In this document: positions 22,159-30,395 of the stretch, piece by piece
How the letters are laid out: each line of letters opens with the position of its first letter
How positions within the stretch are numbered: position 1 is the first letter of the stretch
Assembly (NCBI GenBank): GCA_963664945.1
Contig: OY761822.1
Span: forward strand, 406,080-470,079
Length of the DNA: 64,000 nucleotides
Source: Gammaproteobacteria bacterium
GTDB lineage: Bacteria; Pseudomonadota; Gammaproteobacteria; Steroidobacterales; Rariloculaceae
Direction of reading: 5' to 3'
The notes under the pieces: model-generated
Database searches by the model: none
What the model was told of the DNA's origin: nothing
The model's input: only the letters and a program-made list of their open reading frames with translations
Program-made: the position numbers and the translations under genes

Positions 22159-23181
22159 ATGCCGGAAAAACAAGCCGTTGTTCAAGTCAGAGAGATAGAC
22201 TTTGACACGGACAACCCTCGGATCAAGAAAGCGATCGAGAAATACGGAGGCCAGTTGACCCCGCAGCAGATTCACTTCGCCCTGAGATCCGCTGCAAACG
22301 GTCCCGCTTCTTCCTTCAGCAGTCTCAAGGACTCAGTCCGTGCCAGCAAGGGCATCCTCTCCCCAATAACGCTCATAAGGAAAGGCGGGCGATACATATG
22401 CATCGACGGGAATACAAGGCTTGCCATATACCGGGAATTCGACAAGGAGAACGTCGCGGGCGACTGGTCCCGAATCAAGTCGCTGATAATTGAGGGTGCC
22501 ACGCAACCCGACATCGAGATGCGCCGCGTCTCCGCACATCTGGTCGGGGCGCGGGAGTGGCCCGCATATGAGAAGGCCCGCTATCTTCACTACCTTCGCA
22601 ACGAAAAGCTGTGGGACTATGGCAGGTTGATCGAATTATGCGGGGGCAACAAGGCCGAAATAGAACGGCAAATCGACGCCTACCACGACATGAACGAGTT
22701 CTACCGGGACGTCGTGGATGACACCGCCTTCCAGATCGACCGCTTCAGCGGCTTCGTCGAACTGCAAAAGCCGCGGGTCAAGCAGGCCATTTTCGGCGCT
22801 GGTCTAGGCTTGGAGGACTTTGGCGAGTGGATTCGCGACGGGAAGATATATCGCTTGGAGGATACGCGGAAACTGCCACAAGTGTTGGCGGACGATGAGG
22901 CAAGGAGCATATTTCTTTCGGGAGGCCCCAGATCTATAGAGGACGCAGTTCGTTCGCTGGAGCAAAAGCGCGCGGCGGACCGCAATACTGACAAACTGCT
23001 CCTAATGGACGCATCGATTGCCGAGCTGGCAGATTTGCTAGTCAAACGGATCAACGAAATGCCCTACTCTGAAATCAGGGTTCTCAGAAACCGGGACCGG
23101 GAGGAATCAAGGGAACAGGTAGCCGTATTGGAGGATCTGGCGGTGCGGCTTGGAGGCTTGCTCCACGATGTCGCAGAGTGA
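22159..23181 (+). CDS. ParB/Srx-fold N-terminal domain protein (paralog 1), first gene of the plus operon of the island
   Basis: ATG 22159 follows AAAGGAG. Motifs ..IDFDTDNPR.. and ..ICIDGNTRLAIYREF.. correspond to ParB-N boxes (xxNPR, DG..R). Shares ..W.AYEKA.. with the 28311..29306 protein. Confidence 0.75.
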   Translation: MPEKQAVVQVREIDFDTDNPRIKKAIEKYGGQLTPQQIHFALRSAANGPASSFSSLKDSVRASKGILSPITLIRKGGRYICIDGNTRLAIYREFDKENVAGDWSRIKSLIIEGATQPDIEMRRVSAHLVGAREWPAYEKARYLHYLRNEKLWDYGRLIELCGGNKAEIERQIDAYHDMNEFYRDVVDDTAFQIDRFSGFVELQKPRVKQAIFGAGLGLEDFGEWIRDGKIYRLEDTRKLPQVLADDEARSIFLSGGPRSIEDAVRSLEQKRAADRNTDKLLLMDASIAELADLLVKRINEMPYSEIRVLRNRDREESREQVAVLEDLAVRLGGLLHDVAE

Positions 23182-23611
23182 TGAACATCGCGTGCTGGTG
23201 CTCCATACAGTCGATGCGCTGATCCATCGCCACCCCGAAGTGAACATTGCGGCGGACATTCAGGCGAGCCCGGGCGACCCTGTCCCGCCTTTGATCGACG
23301 GGTTCAGGCCCGACATCTATGCTTGGCTGCCTCGGACTGGCTCGCTCGTCATCGCGGAAGCCAAGACGCACAGGGACATCTGGAACTCCCATACCCGTAG
23401 TCAGGCGCGCTCCTTTATTGCCCATATCGAAGACTCCGCTGGAGGACGGTTTATTCTGTGCGCTTGGGGCCACAACGCAGACCGCGCTAAAACGCTGCTT
23501 CGATTCTTGATGAGGGAACTCCGTCCTACAGGAGTATCGGCTCAGGTGTTCGACGGCTGCGATTTTTGGACGCTTGACGCGAGCAATGGCATCATATGGC
23601 ATTTAGATTAA
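23168..23611 (+). CDS. small PD-(D/E)xK-type putative nuclease
   Basis: GFRPD-x14-EAK (..RPDIYAWLPRTGSLVIAEAKT..) fits the D...ExK restriction-endonuclease-fold core. Overlaps the upstream gene by 14 nt and the downstream gene by 16 nt. Confidence 0.6.
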   Translation: MSQSDEHRVLVLHTVDALIHRHPEVNIAADIQASPGDPVPPLIDGFRPDIYAWLPRTGSLVIAEAKTHRDIWNSHTRSQARSFIAHIEDSAGGRFILCAWGHNADRAKTLLRFLMRELRPTGVSAQVFDGCDFWTLDASNGIIWHLD

Positions 23612-25053
23612 GAAAACCTCCCAGCTTTTCGGTCAAGCACAAAGCCTACGCCTACCAACTTGACGCGGTTCGGGCGGTACGGGACCTTCGCTATGCCGCC
23701 GTATTTCACGAACAAGGACTTGGGAAAACAAAAATTGCCATCGACCTGATGCTGCAATGGCTGGAAGAGGATGCAGTCGATACGGTTTTCGTAGTCACAA
23801 AGAAGACCTTGGTGCAGAACTGGGTGGAGGAACTCGCCGCCCATTCTTACGTTACACCCAGCGTCTTGTCTCAGGACCGGCGCAGAAACAGCATCGCACT
23901 GAATTCGCCGGTGCTCATTTACGTGATGAACTACGAAGTCATCAGCGCCAACCTGAAACTAATTCAAATGTTCCTTGATACATGCCGCGTAGCGGCCATT
24001 CTGGACGAGTCGCAAAAAATAAAAAACCCCGAATCGAAACTCACGCGGAACATGCATTGCCTGGCCGGGCGATTTGAGCGACGAGTCATACTGACGGGCA
24101 CGCCGGTCGCAAATCGACCTTTCGACATCTGGTCGCAAATCAAATTCCTTGACGGTGGGCAATCGCTGGGGCAGTCGTTCGCCGCTTTCAAGGCTGAGAT
24201 GGATTTGCCGCCAAGTTTGGCCGCGAAGGGTGGCTACGGTCGGAAGTTGGCGGAAGTCATGGCGAACATTGGCGATTTCGCAGTCAGGGAAACCAAGGAA
24301 ACGGCGGGAATCCGGCTTCCAGACAAGACTATCGTGCCTCACTTCGTGTGCATGGAACCGGGGCAGCAGGAAGTCTATGACAACTATAAGATCCGGATGC
24401 GCCATGAGTTGCGAACCGGTGACGACTCCTTCATGGACAACGCGGAGCATGTGCTTAAGCGTCTGTTGCGGCTTGTGCAGTGCGCGTCCAACCCCGCGCT
24501 GATTGATTCACAATATGCCGAGGAGCCAGCCAAGCTGCTCAAGCTGCGAGAAGTTCTCGCAGGAGTTCGGACAGACGCGACAAAGGTCATCGTATGGACG
24601 AGCTTCGTTGAGAATGTCGAGTGGCTCAGGCGCAAGTTGTCCCGCTACGCTCCCGCCACCGTGCACGGGGGACATTCAACAGCGGACCGGAACGGCGAAA
24701 TAGGGCGCTTCAAGCAAGATGAGAAGTGCCGCGTGCTTGTCGCCACGCCAGGCGCGGCAAAGGAAGGCCTCACCTTGACCATGGCAACCCACGCCGTGTT
24801 TTTTGATCGCGGCTTCAGCCTGGATGACTACATCCAGGCGCAGGACCGCATTCACCGAATCTCGCAACATGACGAGTGTTTTGTGCATAACCTGATGGTG
24901 GCGGGAAGCATTGATGAATGGGTCGATGCCCTATTGCATGCCAAGCATCACGCTGCCCGGCTGACCCAGGGAGACATGCGGCTTGCGGAGTTTCGGGAAG
25001 CCTACACCTTGGACATAAGCGATGTGCTGAAAGAGGTATTGGGGGAGACATAG
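23596..25053 (+). CDS. compact SNF2-family (SF2) ATPase/translocase
   Basis: Helicase motifs HEQGLGKT (I), ILDESQKIKN (II), LTGTPVANR (III), AAKEGLTLT (V) and QAQDRIHRISQ (VI). 485 aa, with no obvious extra domains. Confidence 0.88.
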   Translation: MAFRLRKPPSFSVKHKAYAYQLDAVRAVRDLRYAAVFHEQGLGKTKIAIDLMLQWLEEDAVDTVFVVTKKTLVQNWVEELAAHSYVTPSVLSQDRRRNSIALNSPVLIYVMNYEVISANLKLIQMFLDTCRVAAILDESQKIKNPESKLTRNMHCLAGRFERRVILTGTPVANRPFDIWSQIKFLDGGQSLGQSFAAFKAEMDLPPSLAAKGGYGRKLAEVMANIGDFAVRETKETAGIRLPDKTIVPHFVCMEPGQQEVYDNYKIRMRHELRTGDDSFMDNAEHVLKRLLRLVQCASNPALIDSQYAEEPAKLLKLREVLAGVRTDATKVIVWTSFVENVEWLRRKLSRYAPATVHGGHSTADRNGEIGRFKQDEKCRVLVATPGAAKEGLTLTMATHAVFFDRGFSLDDYIQAQDRIHRISQHDECFVHNLMVAGSIDEWVDALLHAKHHAARLTQGDMRLAEFREAYTLDISDVLKEVLGET

Positions 25054-25163
25054 CGGCTATCGGCCCATATTCGCCCAACATGACCGGCGAGCCATGGACA
25101 ATCAAGGGGGGCCTTCCAGAACGCGCCCCTGTTTTCCGTCCAGTGACGGATGTAATCGACAGG

Positions 25164-26627
25164 TCAATGGCCACCACTGCGCACTTCTTCCAGCACGGCA
25201 TCGATCATTTCCTTCGCCGCCCGTGGCGATGGCGACGTCTTGGCCAGCGCCCGGAAGACGTTTCGATAAATGTCCGCGTCCTGTTCTTCGAATAGTGCGT
25301 CGCCGTTACGGACCGCGCGGAAACCGTCCAGGCGCGCTTCAGCAGAATCCAGAATGCTCAGATTGCCGTGCTCTGCCTCGCCGCTCTTGACTATAGCGGT
25401 CCGAGCCTGCCGAACGCGCTGTGCTGCGCCCGCTATCAGGCAAGTGGCATCTCGGTGCGTCAAGTATCCAGAGCCGGCAAGCTCGCAAGTGTCGTCAATG
25501 TCAGCTAACAGGGATTGCAATTTGCGCGTCCTGTTACGCTTTTTCGATTCGTTACGGCAACGGTCCGCGATTTTGCGGCAAACCGCCGCGAGATGATTCT
25601 CGAAGTTACGAACATGCGGCCCGGGCTCAAAGTAATCGCGCCGGGCGTTGGGAACCATTTCCGAATCCAGCACATGGATTTCGCCAACACACCACCGATT
25701 GAAGCGCTCTTCCGGAAACAGGTGATCGAAAATCGACTCGTCTCCTATCTGAATGTTCCCCATGCGCGCCCGTATTCCCCGGATTCCCAATCGCTTGGGA
25801 ATTGCGCCGAGATAGGATGAGTGCATCACCCAGCCCACTGCTGCGGCGTTACCTCCATTCAATGAGGGGATGCGCACAGGCTCCAACGCCTTGAAAGGGT
25901 CACTCTTGCCTTCCGAGAAGTCGATCGCGGGACCGTGCGGACGTGTAACCGGCATCGGGTCGCCCGCTATCGTCACGCGCAGGGACAACGGCGAAACATG
26001 CTCTGCAAAGACTTCATCGATCTCTTTCGCGAATGGGTGTCCCGACCGCATCGGAACGGGGCAGACCTCGCCGATATAGGCACGCACCAGCCGCTCATTC
26101 AGTATCGCTCCGGCGACGTGGCGCCCCACTCCGCGAATCTGCGCCTCGAAAAAATGTCCCGGTCGCTCAGTGCCACTGGGAGAGTCAACAGTTACGCAGG
26201 CACGGAGCGCGTCCCAGGTCGGCTTGGCGCCGCGCATGCGCCGATTGATTTCCAAACCGTCCCAAACCACCCTTGTGACGGGGCCGCCTGCGCTGGAGCG
26301 AGTCAGGAAAGTTACGCTATCCGCAAAAGCCAGCCCGGAAAGGCGCCCAATTCCACGAAACCCCCTGTCGCGGCCCAGCGACTTCCGGCTTTGCGCCACG
26401 GGCAGCAGCGCTTGCTCGGCCTCGCCCGGCGAGAGCCCCGGTCCGTCGTCCAGTATGGTGATGCTGGCCTCCCCGCGGTTTACGGTGACAACGACAGACC
26501 CGCGCCGACCGTCGGACTGGGCCAAGGAGTCTGCGGAATTTTGAATATATTCCCGGTAGACCGCCAGCGGATTGTCGTACATGCCGGAAGTGATCAACCG
26601 GAAAATTCCCGCGCCCACGCTGGTCAT
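25164..26627 (-). CDS. GHKL (Bergerat-fold, Hsp90/MORC-like) ATPase
   Basis: N-box REYIQNSADS, G1 box ILDDGPGL, G2 box GFRGIGRLSG. ATG 26627 avoids overlap with the upstream gene. Last gene of the minus operon. Confidence 0.8.
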   Translation of the reverse strand: MTSVGAGIFRLITSGMYDNPLAVYREYIQNSADSLAQSDGRRGSVVVTVNRGEASITILDDGPGLSPGEAEQALLPVAQSRKSLGRDRGFRGIGRLSGLAFADSVTFLTRSSAGGPVTRVVWDGLEINRRMRGAKPTWDALRACVTVDSPSGTERPGHFFEAQIRGVGRHVAGAILNERLVRAYIGEVCPVPMRSGHPFAKEIDEVFAEHVSPLSLRVTIAGDPMPVTRPHGPAIDFSEGKSDPFKALEPVRIPSLNGGNAAAVGWVMHSSYLGAIPKRLGIRGIRARMGNIQIGDESIFDHLFPEERFNRWCVGEIHVLDSEMVPNARRDYFEPGPHVRNFENHLAAVCRKIADRCRNESKKRNRTRKLQSLLADIDDTCELAGSGYLTHRDATCLIAGAAQRVRQARTAIVKSGEAEHGNLSILDSAEARLDGFRAVRNGDALFEEQDADIYRNVFRALAKTSPSPRAAKEMIDAVLEEVRSGGH

Positions 26628-26658
26628 TCTTCCTCGCTCGCCTCCGACATGGCGACCT

Positions 26659-28314
26659 CTATATCGCCTTGCCAGGTTCTGGCAAGACCCGGGTCGCGCT
26701 GCGCCGCCCGTCGGCTTGTTCCGCCGAGAAAAGGCCGGCATCCTCCACAATTTCCTCTTCGGCAGGCAGGTTGCCGCCAACGTCGAAACAGGGCAGCGAG
26801 GGTTGCGCGCCTTCATTCACGCTCCCGATCTTGTTTCTCGTGTCCAGAACGTAAAATCGAATCACCTCGCGGATGCCGCGGTCCACGCCACCGTCGCAAG
26901 CCCATCGGAGGTAATTTACTCGTCGTGCCCCGGAAGAAGCACCGGAGTTGGCAAGCAGTTGGACCAGTTCGCCCTCCTGGCGTTCCGAGAGCCGCCGCCG
27001 TGCGGCCTCGTATTCATCGCGTACCGCCTTGCCAGCCCCTTTCTCATAGTGTTCCCGGTGGAAAATAAAGCCGTGGGGCAAGGTCAGCAATCGCTCGAAT
27101 TCGTGCCTGCCGCCGCCATAGGCGCGTGCGAAAAAATCCGCGCTACCGCTCACAATGCCCCGCGTCGCCTGCAGCATGATCTGAAAGGACCGCAGGAAGT
27201 AGGGGTTCCAATTCCTTCCCACATGCGAACGGTCCTTGAGGTTGACTGGTTGATACCTCATTGGGAAAGACCAGATGCGAATGCCAAGTTCACGATTAAG
27301 TTCCATATTCATTCGCATGCGTTCGTACAAGTCCGCCGGAGAATCCATGAAGTTGTAGAGCATGTAGTTGGACAAGTTGACGATGGCGTTGTCTGCCGCC
27401 ATGCGCACGGCCTTTTCGTAAATCTTGCGCATGCCCACGTGATCGAATGCGATGCGCAGAGGGCTGATGCAGATGGTTGAGATTTCCTTCAGAAACACCG
27501 GGGACTTGACCAATATTCTGGCATCGACACCCTGATTGAAATCCACCCGCCTCTTGACGGTACCGGCTCCGTCTCGCCTGAGCGTTGCGTCGGGAACAAA
27601 TCCCAGATCGCGTATTTCGGCGATGATCTCCTTGAACCGGGGGGCCGCCGTAACGTTGTTGTCCATTAGTATCAGGTCTTTTTTTTCGCCATGCGCCCGT
27701 GCGATACCAGACACCAGCCGGGAAAGCGGCGGCATGTCGCGCTGCGCGCCTTCCAGTTTCGGAACACCGCAGAATCTACATCGCCGCACGCAGCCGCGCG
27801 AGGCATACCCGAAGTAGGCATCGTAAACAGGGTATCGGTACTCCGCCTGATCCAAAATCGAATAGTCGGGGACGAGTTCCTCGATCGGGGCCCCCTGGAG
27901 GTCGGCCGCGCCGAAGTCGCCATCGCCGTCGCTTAGCTGAAGGGATACTGCGGGCGGGCCACTCAACAGACCCTTGATGAACCGCACTCCCGCCCATCTT
28001 GGCTCCTTCAGGTACTCGTCGTGCATCAAAGACGCGGCAATTCCCCCCACGAACACCCTTTCCGGCTGCCCATTGGCGGCTCGAAGCGCAAAGTCTATGG
28101 CAGTAGCTGTTCGACTCCACTCGAAGCTGAACAGCGTGGTCACATACACCCGGTCCCAGGCTCGGTCGAAAACGTGAGGGTCCTCTCCCTTCACGAAGGC
28201 GACGCGGTCGCCGCGCCCTTGGGGGCCGTGATAAGCGGCAAGCTTCATCAGACCCAGAGGTGGGTACTTATTCCGGTAACCCGGTTCGATAAGCAGGATG
28301 TTGCGGCGGCTCAT
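26659..28314 (-). CDS. radical SAM enzyme with B12-binding-like N-terminal domain
   Basis: N-terminus ILLIEPGYRNKYPPLGLMKLAAY (class-B-type Rossmann domain). Cluster motif YASRGCVRRCRFCGV (CxxxCxxC at 27769..27792). ATGA overlap with the upstream ParB-like gene. Confidence 0.85.
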   Translation of the reverse strand: MSRRNILLIEPGYRNKYPPLGLMKLAAYHGPQGRGDRVAFVKGEDPHVFDRAWDRVYVTTLFSFEWSRTATAIDFALRAANGQPERVFVGGIAASLMHDEYLKEPRWAGVRFIKGLLSGPPAVSLQLSDGDGDFGAADLQGAPIEELVPDYSILDQAEYRYPVYDAYFGYASRGCVRRCRFCGVPKLEGAQRDMPPLSRLVSGIARAHGEKKDLILMDNNVTAAPRFKEIIAEIRDLGFVPDATLRRDGAGTVKRRVDFNQGVDARILVKSPVFLKEISTICISPLRIAFDHVGMRKIYEKAVRMAADNAIVNLSNYMLYNFMDSPADLYERMRMNMELNRELGIRIWSFPMRYQPVNLKDRSHVGRNWNPYFLRSFQIMLQATRGIVSGSADFFARAYGGGRHEFERLLTLPHGFIFHREHYEKGAGKAVRDEYEAARRRLSERQEGELVQLLANSGASSGARRVNYLRWACDGGVDRGIREVIRFYVLDTRNKIGSVNEGAQPSLPCFDVGGNLPAEEEIVEDAGLFSAEQADGRRSATRVLPEPGKAI

Positions 28315-29306
28315 CCGGACTTCCGGCGTTTCGCCATCTTTTCGATGCGGCTGAGCGCATTGCGCAGCTTGCGCAGATCATAGTCAAAAGCGTTGAATTC
28401 GCCAGGCTCCAGTTCGCGCACCTGCCCGTCCGAAATATCCTCCAATATCCCTCTGACCCTCTGAAGCGCTTTCCGCGGTTTGCTGATTGAGGCGCGACTG
28501 TAGGCATCGTCGAGCTCAAGGTTGTCACGGACAAGCTTCCTCAAGATTTTCTTTTTCTTTAGGATGACGGGAAGCTTCTTCCTCATCTCCTGCGCGGAAA
28601 AAGGCTTATCTTGTCTCCTGATGCTGTCCCTGATCCACGAGCAAAACTCGTCATCCCGATCCATGGTTGAATTGATTGCCGGGTTGCGCACGATTACATC
28701 GTAGTAGCTGAAATTGGATTGTTCACCATCTTCATTTTGCCGCATGGCCTCAATCACCTTGACGCGCGTTCTTATCGTTTGCTGCGATTCGCCGAACAGC
28801 TTGGCCATGGAGTTATACGACTGCCCTTTCCCGTGACGGACATAGGCGAAATTTGCCTTCTCATACGCCGTCCACTTTGTTTTCCCCTTGATGTGAATCT
28901 GATTGAGGTAGGCGGCCTGCTGCTCTTCCGTCAGACTGCTGACCATATCGCAATCAATCTCGGCCCACTGGCCTTTCCCATCGTCCTTATGCAAGAGCCG
29001 ATAGACAGCGAGCCGCGAGTTGCCCTCAATGACTTCCATGGTGTCCAGACGAACAAGAATTGGCTCCAGTAGCCCACCGTGGCGCTTGATGTCCTCTTGG
29101 AGATTCTTGACGCTCGGCTCCTTTCTCAGCGCCCGGAACATTTCCGCTTGCTGCTCGTCGGGGGTTCTGCTATTGAAGCGGGGCTGGCCCTGAGTAACCG
29201 TGTACACCCTCGGGTTCTCCTTCAGGAACCGCAGACTGAATATATCCATCCGGCCGCTAGCGACGGGAATGGACTGGCCCAAAATTGCTATTGTCTTGTC
29301 CGCCAT
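28311..29306 (-). CDS. ParB/Srx-fold N-terminal domain protein (paralog 2), first gene of the minus operon of the island
   Basis: ATG 29306 follows GGAGG. Motifs ..RFLKENPR.. and ..VIEGNSRLAVYRLL.., then ..WTAYEKA.. Lys-rich C-terminal region. Confidence 0.75.
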   Translation of the reverse strand: MADKTIAILGQSIPVASGRMDIFSLRFLKENPRVYTVTQGQPRFNSRTPDEQQAEMFRALRKEPSVKNLQEDIKRHGGLLEPILVRLDTMEVIEGNSRLAVYRLLHKDDGKGQWAEIDCDMVSSLTEEQQAAYLNQIHIKGKTKWTAYEKANFAYVRHGKGQSYNSMAKLFGESQQTIRTRVKVIEAMRQNEDGEQSNFSYYDVIVRNPAINSTMDRDDEFCSWIRDSIRRQDKPFSAQEMRKKLPVILKKKKILRKLVRDNLELDDAYSRASISKPRKALQRVRGILEDISDGQVRELEPGEFNAFDYDLRKLRNALSRIEKMAKRRKSG

Positions 29307-29693
29307 ACACCTCCCTGGATATGGACCAAACGTAGATGCGGCTTCCTCGGAGCGTGCCTCAGCGAACAATTCGGACGAAAGGCGGGAGTTAACAGGGACA
29401 CCACCAAGCGCACATACCCTTCCGCAAGCCGGGCGGCCCAATGCTCGGGCTGCCAAGACCTACTTGGTCGCTGGTTTCACCACAGCGTCTGGCAAGCGGC
29501 ATCTTAGAGGAATTTCTCCAGAGACCCAAAACCAAGCGCCCCCGTTGAATCGTAGCGTTGCAACTGGCGGAGTGATTCCCGCGCTGTCCAAATCTTCGAT
29601 CTGAATTCAATTGCTTTTCTCCGCATGCTGCCTCCATCGACCATGCAGACTCCCTTGCCAACCCAAACGTTTACCTCCATGTGCACTGGTTCG

Positions 29694-30350
29694 CTACTCC
29701 CACTTTCTGCGCGCAATCAGCAGGCTGCCTCCGGACCAAGGCCCCGTCGGCACAAAACAGCGGACATCGAACCGACCATCCCGAGGCAGCGGCTCGCCGG
29801 CGGTCCGCTTTCCAACCGGCATCAGCAGCACGGTTTCGCGCCCGAAAAGGCCCGCCGAGAGCCGCAGCACCTCCCCCGGAGACGCGACCGCGCGGGCGAG
29901 CAGGGTATCGAACGGCCCAACGTCGACCATGGACTCGACCCGGCAATGTTTCACAGCAATGTTTCCCAGTCCCAGCCGGCCTTGCACATGCCGTAGGAAC
30001 GCGGCGCGTTTGCCGCGACTTTCTATGAGCGTGAAATGCCTGCAAGGCTCCACGACCGCAAGCGGCAACCCGGGCGCTCCGGCGCCGCTGCCGATGTCGG
30101 CGATGCGGGACCCATCGAGCATGGGGCGCAGCGAGAGGCTTTCGATTACGTGGCGGCGGACCATCGCATCAGGGTCGGCGACCGCCGTCAGATTGTGGAC
30201 GCGATTCCAGCGGCGGATTTCGTCAATGTACCCGGCCAAGGCGGCGGCTTGCCCAGGGGTCGCCATCAGTCCCGCGACGGCAAGCAACCGGTCGAGCCGC
30301 TCCCGCGTGACGCCCCCGACGGCTTCAGGCGCGGCAGGTTGATTTCTCAT
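29694..30350 (-). CDS. rsmG: 16S rRNA (guanine527-N7)-methyltransferase
   Basis: ..IADIGSGAGAPGLPLA.. SAM motif and GidB-family length. Start is ATG 30350 or GTG 30395. Confidence 0.9.
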   Translation of the reverse strand: MRNQPAAPEAVGGVTRERLDRLLAVAGLMATPGQAAALAGYIDEIRRWNRVHNLTAVADPDAMVRRHVIESLSLRPMLDGSRIADIGSGAGAPGLPLAVVEPCRHFTLIESRGKRAAFLRHVQGRLGLGNIAVKHCRVESMVDVGPFDTLLARAVASPGEVLRLSAGLFGRETVLLMPVGKRTAGEPLPRDGRFDVRCFVPTGPWSGGSLLIARRKWE

Positions 30351-30395
30351 GACCGCAGTATAGCCCGCGGCGATTCGGCGAACCGCCTGATCCAC

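Noticed and set aside
25054-25163. Bidirectional terminator between the convergent operons of the island
   Set aside because: Only a weak G-run/C-run pairing followed by TGTTTT could be found by eye, which is not enough to call a terminator.
25164-26627. GHKL ATPase as the housekeeping chaperone HtpG or as MutL/GyrB
   Set aside because: The protein is only 487 aa. Its N-terminal Bergerat motifs are followed by sequence with no HtpG middle or C-terminal, MutL or GyrB transducer pattern that I can recognise. The operon context is non-housekeeping. A profile search is still needed.
22159-29306. Interpreting the two ParB-like genes as a duplicated chromosome- or plasmid-partition system
   Set aside because: No ParA-type ATPase accompanies them. 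They lack the GERRxRA box and N-terminal peptide of the genuine ParB at 19876..20766. Each is translationally coupled to enzymes (nuclease/SNF2, radical SAM).
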